This document shows positions 35,707-49,171 of a DNA stretch of 64,000 nucleotides, one piece after another. The notes under the pieces were generated by a model. It had not been told where the DNA came from and did not search any database. It worked only from the letters and a program-made list of their open reading frames with translations. A program made the translations under genes and the position numbers. The stretch covers positions 1-64,000 of the forward strand of contig MU271427.1 of assembly GCA_021432655.1 (NCBI GenBank), read 5' to 3'. The DNA is from Atractiella rhizophila. Its lineage: Eukaryota. Position 1 is the first letter of the stretch. The number at the start of each line of letters is the position of its first letter.

Positions 35707-36179
35707 ACTGCCCAATCCTGTTGTGCGCAAACTCAATTTCTTCAGGGCTTTCTGTGATTTCTCAGGTTGTGCGCCAAAAACTATTGTTTGCCAACTATGA
35801 GGGAAAGTGAGCAAGCATTCATGCAAGTGAAACAGTTTCTTTCACCACAAATATGCTTCCTAACAGTCTACCATAGTATCCCTGAGCCTGTTAGCATCAA
35901 ATCAAATCAAGCAAAAAAAGCATAGGTGTGTGGACTCTGGCTTATATATTCTTCACTCATATCATTTTGTTATGTGCGGCAAGCTACACTCTCATGCCAC
36001 GTGCAATTCAGAGAAATCAAACGAGAAATCAAGAGCGCCGATCCGAATGGCATCAATCTCTGCAGCAGGAGGCACCACTACACCACGGTCGACCTGTAAG
36101 AGAGAGGCGACGCCCTGCACGCTTTAATCCTACTCCACCTACTCCACCTCAACATGAGACAAGATGGTACGGGGCCAAG

Positions 36180-39100
36180 AGTTTATATATGATCATCGAT
36201 GGGTAGTGCCTTTTAATGCTTGGGTCCTGAGGAAGTTTCTGGCTCATATCAACACTGAGATCTGTATCTCAATTCGTTCAGTCAAGTATATATTCAAATA
36301 CGTATACAAAGGGCCGGATAGAGCACAATTAGTCATAGAATCAGATTTCAGTGGAGCAAGAGAGCCAGTGGATGAGATTAAAGAGTATTTAGATGCACGA
36401 TATGTGGGTGCTTCAGAAGGTTTGTTCAGTCCATTCCTCAAAGGTTAAGGATTAAGTATGATTATAGCATGCTGGCGGATTTTCCACTTCAAGCCTCATG
36501 ATCACTCTCCAACTGTCATTCGACTGAGCATTTATCTTCCAAATCAACAGATGGTCATTTTTAATGCAGATGATGGTCAACCTGAAGATATACTTTCACG
36601 AAGAAATGTCGGAAAAACAATGCTTAGCAAATTTTTCCAATTCTGCTGTGATTCTCCCCAGGTCTCCCGATCGTGGACCTATTCTCAAGCCCCTCGACAT
36701 TTGGTCTGGCAGAGTAATCCAAAGTGCTGGAAGATACGTGAGAAAGGCAATGCTATTGGTCGGATATTTTACATTGCGCCGTCACAAGGGGAGCTCTTTA
36801 TCTTCGACTACTTCTTCACAAGATCCCAAGTCCTAAATCTTTTGAGGACATTCGTACAATTGATGGTCAAGTTTACGAAACATTCAAAGCAGCCTGTGTG
36901 CGATCAGGTCTACTGGAAAGTGACGAAGAATGGGATTTTTGTCTGGAAGATGCAAACGCAATCAAATGAGGATCAGCAATTCGTTCTCTTTTTGTCTACA
37001 TTTTGGTCTTTGGAGTTCCAAGCGAACCATTACAACTGTTTCGAAGACACTATGACAAGCTCAATGACGATTGTGCACATCTTCTGCAAACAGTTTATGG
37101 AATTGCTGCACCTTCTGAAGACCAGATCCGAGACTTATGCCTTATTGAGCTAGAGAACCTGCTATGTGGTCTAGGCAAGACACTAGAGGAGTATAGGTTG
37201 CCGTTACCTGCTCACAGGTTTGCACGATGAGGTGGAGAGACAAGAATAATTGGAGAAGAGCTGGCATACAACATTACGGAGTTAGAGCAATGTCTTGATA
37301 GGGATCTTCCTCTTATGAATGAGGATCAACGACATGCATACGATACAATCATCGAAGCCTGGCAGAATGGCACCAGAGGACTCTTCTTTCTTGATGGGCC
37401 TGAAGGAACTGGAAAGACTTTTGTTCAGAATCCTATACTGGCAAGAGTAAGATCATCCAAGAAGATTGCACTAGCAGTAGCCTCTTCTGGAATTGCTGCT
37501 ATTCTGCTTGAAGGTGGTCGTACTGCTCATACGCAATTCAAGATTCCCCTAAATGCAGATGCGCAATCAGTTTGTGGTATTTCCGCTCAAAGTGATCATG
37601 CAAGGCTATATGTCGAGGCAGAAATTATCCTGTGGGATGAAGCCATTATGAGTGATCGCCTGTCTGTCAGCTGTGTGGATCGGTTGGGGCAGGACCTTAA
37701 AAAGGATTCAAGACCATTTTGGAGGAACACTTACGGCTTTCTGTGGTATGATACTTCCCTTTAAGTAGTTCTTTATTAACATACTCTTCACAGGCGATGG
37801 CAGACAGTGTCTTCTGGTAGTGCCAAATGGAAGCCAAGCTCAGATTGTGGATGCTTGCATCATTAATTCTTACTTCTGGCCGAATGTTCAAGTCCTGCAT
37901 TTGAAAACCAATATGCGCCTTCTTCGCGGCCAACAGGAAATGACACCAGCCGAATTTCAGCATGCGACCAGATTTGCCCAGTGGCTCCTTGATGTTGGAA
38001 ATGATCTCACTGATAATCCATCGGACAATGGATGTGGAGCCTTAACGATACCAGATGGGTCTATTATTCCATCCCATGAAGGACTAGATGGTCTGTTACG
38101 CTCAATTTACGGACAACTAGGTTCTCTACCAAATATCCCTGCTCTGAGCTTCCTTCAAGAATACTTCTGGGTTCATATGATTCCAGCAGCAAAGAATGTG
38201 GATGTGGATGGCATCAACGATCGCTTGATTCGGTGGCTCGAATCCACAGGAGATCGGGTATATTATAGTGCAGATCAAATTATAGATGACGAGGGAGATC
38301 TCAGAAATCGCTTCTCTGTTGAGTACCTGAATACCCTGGAGATCTCTGGATTCCCTTCACATTGTTTACACCTCAAGACCGGTGCACCCATCATTCTTCT
38401 GCGAAATCTCAATCCATCTGCTGGCCTGTGCAACGGCACGCGGCTCATTGTCACTCAGCTTCTCCAACGAGTCATCGAAGCAACCATCATTACAGGTGCA
38501 CACAGCGGCGAATCAGTTCTCATTCCTCGAATCGGCATTGACAGTGTAGTATCAAACTAGCTTCCTTTTCAATTCAGGCGCTTTCAATTCCCTGTGCGCT
38601 TAGCGTTTGCCTTAACTCTGAATAAAGTGCAAGGAAAATCTGTTGGACATGTGGGTTTGTACTTAGAGTCCTCTCCTTTCTCTCATGGGCAGCTTTATGT
38701 TGGTCTTTCACGGGTTTCAAATGCGAACAATTTATGAGTATTGGTCAAAACAAAGCAAGGAGAGGAAAAACAAGCAAACAGATAGTGTAGTTTAAAAAGA
38801 TGAAGAATGGGACTTTTACCTTGAGGAAGCCAGCTCAGTCAATAATGGTCACACTATGCGGTCTCTTTTTGTCTATATCCTTCTTTTTGGTGTCACAAGT
38901 GAACCAAGAAGGTTATGGGACAACCATCATCAATGACTTAGCGATGATTGCAAAGGCTTACTGCAGACAAAGTACGGTATAGCCAATCCGCACGAAGAAC
39001 AAATCATCAGTCTCTGTCTCCTCGAGATTGAAGATCTCTTACAGGCTCACACAAAGTCTCTTTCGGATTTTGGACTACCCCAACCGACAGAGAGGTTAGA

Positions 39101-40681
39101 AAGGTGGGGGGGTGAGACAAGAATAATTGGTGAAGAGCTGGCATATGATCGTCTGCAACTTCAAGAGCATCTCAACAGGGAGGTGCTGTTGCTTAATCAG
39201 GATCAACGTCATGCTTATGACACCATCATAGCAGCTTGGGAAGAGGGAAGTGGAGGTCTGTTCTTCATTGATGGGCCAGGAGGGACAGGAAAGACTTTTG
39301 TTGAAAACTTACTACTTGCCAAAGTTCGTTCAACTGGGAAGATTGCACTCGCTGTGGCCTCCTCAGGCATTGCTGCTATCCTGTTGGAAGGGGGACGAAC
39401 TGCCCACACATGCTTTCGAATACCATTGGACCTTGAAGCAGATTCAATCTGTGGTGTTAAGGCTCAGAGTGATTATGGACGACTTTGCTGTCAGGCAGAA
39501 TTGATAATATGGGATGAAGTGGGTATGAGCCATCGTTGGTGCTTTGAGGCAGTCGATCGGATGCTGAGAGATATGAGTAAAGTAGATGCGCCTTTTGGCA
39601 GAGTAATTTTTGTTCTAGGTGGTAAGTGGGATAATTCAAATAGTTCACCTCTGATAAATAGATTAGGTGACATGCAACATTGCCTCTCTGTCATTCCCAA
39701 GGCTTCACGTGCACAGATTGTTGATGCATGTGTCATCAACAGTCCCTTTTGGCCAGCAGTTACGATCCTTCCTCTCACGGTCAACATGCGTCTTCTCCGA
39801 CATCTATCCTGGGCTTAACACCATAACTGAAGACCTATATTGTGATCAACTGAGGCAATACTTCCAAGAGTGCATGGTCCTCACTGCTCGAAATGTTGAT
39901 GTCGACCTGATAAACAATCAGCTTATCCGAAGATTTATCTCCCGACAGGAACGAATTTATCAGTGCTGATCGTTTCATGGATGACAATGAGAATGTTCAG
40001 CAAGGCTTTATGGTCGAGTACCTTAATACTGTCAATGTTACAGGCCTTCCTCTTCATCGCTTGCATCTCAAAGTCGGAGTCCCATCATCCTCATTCAAAA
40101 CCTCAACCCTTCTGCTAGGCTCTGTAATGGTACATGTTTGATCGTCACCCAGCTACTCTCTTGCATCATCGAGGCGACAATTGTCACAGGTGCATTCGCA
40201 GGCAACTCAGTTCTCATTCCACGCATCGCTTTGGATAGCAAAGTCTTCAATTCATTTCCCTTTGTCCTACGTCGGTTTCAATTCCCAATCAAGTTAGCAT
40301 TCTGCCTCACTATCAACAAGTCACAGGGTCAGTCAGTTGAGACTGTCAGCCTATACTTGGACACCCCTGTGTTTGCTCATGGACAACTTTATGTCGGATT
40401 GTCAAGAGCTTCAAATGTGAAGAATCTTAGAGTTTATTTACATCAAGTGGAAGGGACTGATAATAAGAAAACTGAGAATGTAGTATATTGAGAAGTTTGA
40501 ATCTACAAGAACGTATGCAAATAGACTGACAATACTCTTCACACTTGACAATTGCAGGACAGGTGTAACTCTGATCTCGCCAAAGGCGAGGCCCCACGCA
40601 GTGGCTGCCGGAGGCTGGGGTCCAAGGGGTGAAGCCCCTGGTGGGGGGGATGCCCGAGGGACAAGGGCACTGACACACTTG
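36180..40681 (+). mobile_element. Helitron remnant: Rep C-terminal region, two PIF1 helicase modules and a 3' hairpin end
   Basis: WVVPFN..LRKFLAHINTEIC..SVKYIFKYVYKGPD; DEIKEYLDARYV; FFLDGPEGTGKTF (37315) and FFIDGPGGTGKTF (39183); LRNLNPSAGLCNGTRL; TINKSQGQS; HGQLYVGLSR. GC hairpins precede CTTG|T at 40678-40682. Confidence 0.92.
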
Positions 40682-41652
40682 TAAAGGACAGATGGGACTG
40701 TAAGAACTTTTCGTCCTGAAACAGCAACACGAAGAGGATTTGTAAATGGTATAGGCAGGGCCATACGAAATAGCTTACCATCTCAAATAAAATGTGAGCT
40801 GCGTGGATAAAATGTTTCCAGATGACTATTCATACGCTCCGAGCAGTATGCACCTACCCACCAGCTCTCGAATGGAAGACTCGTACATGCACTCGGGAAG
40901 GGAGAGAGTATGTGAGCACGAGCCTGAATTCCCTAATAAGAGGATGCGGTCATACCATTCCCCTCATCCAAATTCAAATCGGATGCCACTCAAACCTGAA
41001 GGGAGCCGCTAGGACTCGTACAGCTGTCCATCTCTGCCATCATTGGTGGGTTATGGAAGAGGATACAGCTCAGGTGTTTGGGAAAGGTGGAGGCAGTTAG
41101 ACCTTGGCGAGCACTGCTTCTTATCGTAGAGTTCGAACAGCGGCGCAATAAAGATTCGTCTTTTGAACGTCATAACTTCATACCCCGCCGGAACACGAAT
41201 CAGTGTCATTATCCATATTCTATCCAACGTCCACTTCGAGTAATGAACACCTCTGACATCATGCTACAGCAACGAGGTTTCTTGAAGTGTTTATCACTGA
41301 GGGAAAGCGGCTTCAAGCAAAGTCGATTGCTAAGCCTGACGACTTCCAATTTCGTCCGACGCCGACGATCTCCAACATGCCTTTCAAACTAGGCCTTCAG
41401 GAGGTGGACCCTCCACAATCCGACCATGACGAACCTCCTTCCCTTGTTACCTCTCATGTCATCCCAGACAGCCGTTCACCGGTCACGCTTGAAGATCCTC
41501 AACAAACGCTCACGCACCCACTCATCTCTCGGGCATGCAGACAACGTCTTTGATAGCGCAATTAATCCCGCTGAACCTGATCTAGTTATACATTACAATT
41601 CATCTGTTGTCCCCATTTGGAACACAGACTCCACGAACCTGTTTGATATCCT

Positions 41653-42363
41653 ATGACTACCCTAACCCTAAGCCACTATTCGGACACTTCGAGCGCTATA
41701 CAGGAGACTAGCAGCTCTCTAATGGAAGGCTTACACTCACGTTTCGGAAGGGAAAGAGAGTGGGAGCAAGATGTTGGACTCCCCATTCAAGGCACTCAGA
41801 AGCTTGGTGCGACTGGACTACTTCATCTCATCACCCCCGGAATGCTTGTCTATGGGTTCCAGCTCTCCATACTTCCTTCCTTTTTATCTTGCCTGCATCT
41901 ATCAGTTCACAGGCTCCAGATCGCGTTTATCTTGCTTCATGACAGGGTTGAGGACCTTTTTAAGTCAGCACAGGCGAAATTGTGCTATTTCCCACTTGAA
42001 GGTCTTGAAAATTGTGCCGAAAGCGACGGTGTGGCGAAGCTGTGGATAAGCATCAACTGGGATATCACGGTAAAATTTTGGACAGCGGATAAATGGCATT
42101 CATATTTGAATTCCAATGCAGAAGACCAATGGGAAACCATTACCTACTTGTTTCCTGTGCCAGAAGACCGCTCTCGAGCTATATTCGCCTCCATCGCTGA
42201 ATACAGGGCGGAGGGGAAGGCGCTGCGAAGCAAGGGGCGATGCATCGCCATTCCAATGATGTATAGTATCCCTTCGGACAGATATCTGCCTAATATTCGT
42301 GCGATCATCCAGCTCTCACTCTCCACAGCAACACGTTTCATCGCAGACCTACAGGATGGGTAG
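41653..42363 (+). CDS. Hypothetical protein
   Basis: 236-aa ORF, probably containing an in-frame intron (GTCTAT...CACAG, about 41848-41912). No family recognised. Confidence 0.35.
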   Translation: MTTLTLSHYSDTSSAIQETSSSLMEGLHSRFGREREWEQDVGLPIQGTQKLGATGLLHLITPGMLVYGFQLSILPSFLSCLHLSVHRLQIAFILLHDRVEDLFKSAQAKLCYFPLEGLENCAESDGVAKLWISINWDITVKFWTADKWHSYLNSNAEDQWETITYLFPVPEDRSRAIFASIAEYRAEGKALRSKGRCIAIPMMYSIPSDRYLPNIRAIIQLSLSTATRFIADLQDG

Positions 42364-42900
42364 GATGGACTATTTTGATGATCGGTACATCAATGACTAT
42401 CCCTCACTTTCTGATCTCTCTACTGTCTGCCGGCTCTGGAGGGTAGTCTCAACGCCTTATTGGAGACAACCTGAGGATTTCGAAGGGATGTATAACCGCT
42501 TGAGACAGTACCCTGCTGCTGGACGTATATGGAACACTCTTCGCATGTATCATCCTGAGGATATTACTGCTAGGATGCTGAAAGAGATAATCATGCACTC
42601 CCCGAACGTCACGTCTGTCTATTTAGAGTTATCTTCATCTTGGGGTGGTGAAGGAAAGGACATTTTAAATGCACTTGGGCCTGAAAAGGCTGGACAAGGT
42701 CGGTCTTTACGGCTTCCAGAGTTGGTCGTGGAGAAAGGAGGACGTGGAATATATCATTCAGACAGAGCGCTCGACATTTATTTTGTGGCAGACTCTTCTC
42801 CATCATTGATACTTTCGGCATCCACAGGGCTTCCATTACCTTTGGGCCTCCAGTACCCCAGTCTTGAATGAACTTCATACTCAGAAGATTCTTACAGCTT
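42360..42900 (+). pseudogene. F-box/LRR-like protein fragment
   Basis: YPSLSDLSTVCRLWRVVSTPYW resembles an F-box C-terminal half; followed by SPNVTSVYL. Confidence 0.45.
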
Positions 42901-43329
42901 CTGGGACCTGTCGCTAAGGGATCTGCCTCCGCATCCTTGCTCCCTCTCGACTTCTGCATTGCCGCCGTTTCTTCAAGACCTTAGGATCCATCGCAAAGGC
43001 AATAACAGAGATAAATATTCAGTATTATGTGGTGGATTTTGGTTTCCCAGGTTTCACATTTCCGGATTTTATCCACTGGTTCTTTGGGAACAGGGGTTAA
43101 ATGAGAACAGGGATACTAAGGATCGTTCTGAGAAGAGGAAGAGTGACAGGCGGAGTAAGTTGCAGCTTACACTTCATTTATTCTTTGGAGAGTTGAGATC
43201 TTGATTGCAAGGAATGTGATAGAGGAGTATATTTTACATCAGTTTCACAGGATGCTTGTATGGGTTACAGAAGGATAATCAGATTCAGTTAGTGTTTGGT
43301 CCTGATGTCATGTCTTCCTACTAACAGTA

Positions 43330-43605
43330 CTTTAGGGTTCAACCTTGCCTCTGTCAGGAACGAGATCCTGGCTGAATGCTTGCCTCCTGGCTGCCCAGGG
43401 TACAACCCTGCCTCTGTCAGGAACAGGATCCTGGCAACATCCTTACCTCCTCACCGCCCAGGGTACAACCCTGCCTCTATCACGAACATGATCCTGGCTA
43501 TATCCTTGCCTCATTGGCACCCGGGGTACGACCCTGCCTCCAATAAAAACAGCATCATCATGACACTGTTAGCTCTTAGTCAACCAGGGTAGAATCCTGC
43601 CATGG
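43330..43605. repeat. 63-bp tandem repeat, about 4.5 diverged copies
   Basis: Core CAGGGTACAACCCTGCCTC recurs with anchors at 43334, 43397, 43460, 43523 and 43586. Confidence 0.9.
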
Positions 43606-44129
43606 ATAAGAATAACAATCCAGTCAAAATGTCATGTGCACATAAACACCAGCAGGTACAGGCAATTTCCTCTCTAAGACACATCTTAAACCACTTATCC
43701 ATTGAAATCCTTGCTTCATTAGACTGCTCTGGTTCATATTTAGCATGTATCTCCAATTAAACAAAGTACATTCAAAGTTGCAAAATTAATTTATAACGGT
43801 TGAGACATATGTTTTTATACATTATTAACTCTAAGTACAATTTTGGCGAAACTGTGCCAGGTTGATAGGTTATCGACCACAGTTGAAGAGGGGTTTGAGG
43901 AGTACAATTTTATTGAAACTGGCCCATGTTGATAGGTTATCAACACCAGGTCCGGCGCTGGAGGAGAAAGATCCGGAGCCCTATGTCATCAAAGGCATTG
44001 TGTTACTTGACGCAGAAGCACGCAAATGAGGGATGGCTAACCTTTTTCTTTGGCAGGTGTCTTAACTGCGAAAGGCTTTGTGCAACTCGAAGAATCTTGG
44101 AAGCCAATCTCAACTCTTCATGCTCAGTG

Positions 44130-45580
44130 TAAAGGACGACGAGTTGTGACGGTCCCAGTAGTCCTGTATGCCGATGATACATCCGGAAACTGTTCAAAGA
44201 AGTGGAATATGCATCAGAGCTTCCTTGCAACTCTTGCCGGTATTGACTTCTGTTCTCTTTTTTTTATCTTTATGTCCTGATTCAATTCCACCTAATCTAG
44301 GTCTCCCGAATGAGCTCCAACAAGAAGAATTCTGTATACAATTTCTTGGAACGACAAATGTCGGATCAGTTTTAGAATTGCTAGAGGGCATGGTTAGTCA
44401 GATTTTGTACGTCCTCTGCAACATTTCAATGTACGGGAAAGCTCATTGCAGTTATGCAGGGAAGCATGGAAGCATGGAAGGAGCTAGTGGTGGCGTTCGA
44501 CTGTCTTACAGAAGAAGAGATTATTTTCTTCGGTCGCTTCCTCTCCTGTTTGAAGGGGACAATCCTATGCAATCCGAATTTTGCTCCACTGCAGGGCTTG
44601 CCTCGCTGAAGTTCTGCCATGTTTGCAAAGTCAGTGCTGAATCAAAGGCAGAGGAACAGACTGAAGAGAGCATACATCAGTTTTTGAAGGTGCAGAATCT
44701 TTGACATCATAGGCCTTTCAACAGTGATTGACCATATGAGTGTGATAGTGTGGCGTACCACGAAGACCTCTCGAAACACTTGCATCCCTCCATTGCTCCG
44801 TTGCTATTGCAGCTGACAAGATCCTACCAAAAGGCCAAATCGATGTGGAATGAACCGCAACTGGCGTAAAGGACACGGTCACTTCATACAACTCTTACAG
44901 CTCTGGAAAGACTTTCACGAATCGAACGAGGCCCTCCAAACAGAAATCTCTAAGCTGAAGGAAGAACCTCAATCTTGACAGTTTCAGCATAATCCTGCAT
45001 TTCAACTCTTGGGTCTGGATTTAGACTTCCATCGAGATACCCCTTTTGAAATCCTGCATGGAATTCCGCTCGGATTTGTCAAGTATTTTTTGCGTGATAA
45101 CATGAAGCGGCTTTCTCCAACTCAGAAGTCTTTGGTCCTCCGAAAACTGGATTCCTTAGAGGTTTCACGCTTGAACACAACACGGATCCCTGGCACTCAA
45201 CTTGTCGACTACGCCCACAGCTTGGTGGGCAAAGGTTTCAAGTTGCTCATGCAAGGTGCACTGTTCACTCTAGATGGAGTGCTGGATAACGAATTTTTGT
45301 CAATTTGGGTCGCTCTTGGACGCTTGGGCTCACTTGTGTGGCGCCCCAAAGTCACTTCGAAGGACACTTATTTGGTTTGTCTTTGACTGTTAACAAGTAG
45401 GAGCTGATGAGCTCCACCAGAACGATTTAGAAGCTGTGATCGCTCCCTTCTTGGATTCAACTGCAACCCTGACGACACAATAGTTCAATAAACGAAAGTT
45501 TCATCTCCTCGTACATCTCGTGGACAATGTGCATTGATTCGGGTTCCTATAAACTATGCCGCCGAGAAATTTGAAGGCTA
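44130..45580 (+). mobile_element. Decayed fungal DNA-transposon transposase (CMC/EnSpm- or Plavaka-related; family uncertain)
   Basis: VPVVLYADDTSGNCSKKWNMH; EGDNPMQSEFCS..FCHVCKV; DTPFEILHGIPLGFVKY; SLVGKGFK; KFHLLVHL. Stops, frameshifts and introns present. Confidence 0.6.
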
Positions 45581-47552
45581 ACCAAAATGTGCAGACAAAT
45601 CCCACATTTATCCTTGGGCTATAGGTAAAACTTTCATTCTAAGTCTTCTCGCTCCCTTTCCAGAATGCTGAGTGTATTGATGTCAGCTGTTCACCCTCAG
45701 CGACGAATTGAGTAACTGCGTTGCCTTGGATGGGATGAAGAAGTGGGTATCAAGCCTCCAATGTACAGGTTGGTCAAATTTTCTTCCAACCAAAGAATAT
45801 ATGCACCGTGACCCCAATGGCTGGCGCATATTTACGATTTACAAATATTTATCACGAAATGAGCCATTGACCACTGGATACCTACTAACTCCCCCGTCTC
45901 TCTACACCTCTCCTGTCAGCTCCAAGCGTGTACGATCGATCGGGAGAAAAAGAGGAAGGTAACTGCATGGTATCTTAGCCTTATCCAGAAGCTGGAAGGT
46001 CGATTCCCTGGTGAGACTCATTTGATACCCTTCAGCTTCCTCTTCGTTCCATGCTTTCAGATCATTCCATATTTCTATCTACTCAAGTATTACAGGTTTT
46101 CTCGCGATGTTGTTTGATCTTTTACCCGATTCATTGGCCTATAAAAGAGGCCTCACTTGTTGATGTAAATCCATCTTATTCCTCATCATCTTACTTCGCC
46201 TTCCCAGTAGAAAGCGCAGTAAGAATCAAGGTAAGTTCCCCAGGCCGTAGAAGTGCCCCTGTAAAATCCATTGTCTTATTTCTGAGACCAGATAGCTTGA
46301 TAAGCGGCCCTACACTTCAGTGTGGCTAGCATAAGCTGGTTCTTGTCTTTCCTTTTTGTTTAAGCTCTCATTTATTGATCGAGCCTCTTAGTCCTCGCTC
46401 TAGTCGAGCTAAAGGAACTCACTTTTTGCAGTAGAGTCTCACAGATCTTATCTCCTATCAATGCTGTAGCGTCTAGTACAGTCGCTCTAATCACAAAATG
46501 CTAGGGAAGGCATATAGCAATGCGCTTGTCACGATTGAAATGGTGGGCGCACAAGAAGGTACTCGTTTACCATTGCGATCTGGTTTCTCGTCTCAAACTC
46601 TCCTTCCTTCCTTCCCGTCCCATATCCCAACCTCTCTGCTTCCGAAACTCGAGTCGAACTCGTCAACTTCAACCTACTCCGCCTCCCACCTCTCCAACCA
46701 CATCCGTATCCATCATCATCTCAGCAAAGGAAGGCGATGTCGTCCCTCGCACATTTGGGAAGAACACGAATGGCGCAGTTGTGTTGCGTTTGGGGAAGGG
46801 AAGCAGTACACTGCACGGAGCGGATGGATGGATAGAGATACGAATGGATAGGATGGAAAAGAAATGGATTGAGCGGGTTTGGATTGTGTTGACTGGTTTG
46901 GGAGAAAGGTAAGAGAAGTCGAGTTTCGCTTTGAGGTTGGGATCCTTAGAATTAGGTATCGACCTCGAATTCTGTCGGAAATCAGGGTCAGGAGACAAGC
47001 GAGGAAAGAGTGACGAGGGTGATTCATGGATGGACGGGTTGGAAAACAAGTTAAGGAGGGGTGGAGATCGTTACGGAAGGGGTAGCGTGAGTTACAGGAA
47101 GTATGTACGTGCGAGGGAAAACACTAGACATCAATGTTCAATATCACCGTCAATTTACCCAAGGAATCAACAGTATTATTTAAGCAGTCATGAGGACATT
47201 AATTACAACGAGTTGAAGTATTTGTATTGTACTAGTAGAAACAGAAGGCATATGGGCACAGAATGAAGAAAGCTCAAGTCCTCTAAAGCTGGACATTAAT
47301 GTCCATAAACGGTGCCGAAGGAATAAACATATAATTACGGTGATGGTGAGGATCAAAAGCTGTGGGCGTTGGCCAGATGATACGGAATATGCGCAGCAGA
47401 AACGGTTGGCAACCGCGGTATGACGTCTTCTAGAAGACTAGGCAGACGTAGCCTGTCGTATGAGACTGGACATGCGATTTGAACATGCGATTGTAGAGCA
47501 GATGTTAATTGGAAGTCTACAAGACAGTGAGTAGTCGCCTGCCACTTCAAGT

Positions 47553-48185
47553 CTAAAACTCACGGTCAGGGAACGGAGGTGAAATAGAGCCCACCAAGCT
47601 TTGACCATTCAGATGGTTGTCCAATGGGAACGGAGGGAACATCCGTGCTCGCATGGCTTGTGGGTAGACGTGAAAAGGCATACTCCATGAAGGGTATACG
47701 GCGTTGACGGAGTTGGGAGGCTGAAAGAGGAATCTATGTGGTCCATTGACGATCAACATCGAAAACCGAAAGGCTAGCGAGGACATACTTGACAGGCTCG
47801 GCTTGCTTTGTCACTTTATCACTTGAACGAGGTTTACGGACATAGGTGGTTTCCCAGCTGGACCACCAAGTGAGAAAGGGAACTGATGTCCTGCAAAGAA
47901 GCATACATACCAGATCTCCCTGTCGCTGCAACCCTTGCATTTGCCCATCTCACTCTCCTTCTCACACTTCCTCCTCCATTTGCGCACGCCTAACGAATGA
48001 CAAATGGCATTAAGAGAATGGGAGGGGGGAGAAGGGAAAAGACCAACATCACAAGCCAAATACTTCCTGTTACGAGTAATCTTGGTCTTGTTCTGTTTCT
48101 TCGGAGCGGTCGTTGACACTGCGGAGGAAGGAGGTGAAGGGGTCTGAGAGGTGCTAGCAATTTGCTCTGCTGTTTGTGATTGCAT
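47553..48185 (-). CDS. Small Zn(II)2Cys6-type factor split by two introns, with one apparent 1-nt frameshift
   Basis: RNRKYLACD | intron GTTGGT..TAG | AC(R)KWRRKCEKESEMGKCKGCSDREI | intron GTATGT..CAG | CWETTYVRKPRS. Confidence 0.62.
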
Positions 48186-49171
48186 GTTAATTGAGAATGC
48201 AAGAATATGGTGGCGATCAAAGGATTATATGTGCTTTGAAAGGGATGAGAACAGTCTTCACACTTACTACCTTACGTTACCTTACTTTACCCTTTACTTT
48301 ACCATTATTTTACTCATACAGTACCATCTGATTTTGATAAGAGAAATAAGGTTTCCAGTTTCCGGCCGCCCAAACACTGCAACACTGCAAAATGCTTGAA
48401 TCCTTCGAATCAACTGGAGAAGATCAAGAGTGCTGAAGGAAAGGAGGCACATAGGTTTGTGGTGCAATGGTCCTTCTTGACAACAGTTTCTGACCCTCTT
48501 TCTAGTACTACCCGTTGTTGATTCCAGGGTCTGAAGGAATGCACTGAGTGTGAGATGGAGAAGCTGGTGACTAGAAGAGTTATCCCTGCAACCCTGACCC
48601 TGACCCTCCCCTCCAAAAGCCTGCACATCTCCATTATCCGTCGCATTCGAAATGATCGGAAAATCTCCATTCTCGTCAACTATTCCGGTAGATGTGGCAG
48701 AAGCGCTGGTGAGTGTGTCGAAGTTAGAGTGACAGAGAGAGCTCGTCTTAGGGTAGAGGAGAGGCAGCGACAGAAATGGTTGTTCGTTTCTCTTCGTCGA
48801 TTCTGGATGATGACGGGAAAGGTTGACGAAGAGGAATGAAGTTAAGCCCTGGGGGCTTCCGCTGGAGATCAGTTCATTGATTCTGTTCCATCCGCTGAGG
48901 CGCTGTAGTCGCCTGTAGGAGGAATCCGAGAGCCACTGAGCATGACCTGCAGAAAAAGAGAGGAATTGTTGGATCTCCGTGCTGGGCAGATTGCCTCAGA
49001 GTTGTGTGGTGGGCTCTTGGGTCAGCCTTCATGACGCGTGAGTGACGCGCCGAGTCCAACATTCAAACATTGCAGCAGCTTAAAAGGCAGCGGTTCTTTC
49101 CAGTAACCGCCATCGCAACAACCCGTAAACGACGAGGGTTCCAGAACTTGTACATCCCAGCACACAGAAGA

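Noticed and set aside
43330..43605. CRISPR-like array
   Set aside because: The inter-core segments are homologous to each other rather than unique spacers, the context is eukaryotic, and no cas genes are present.
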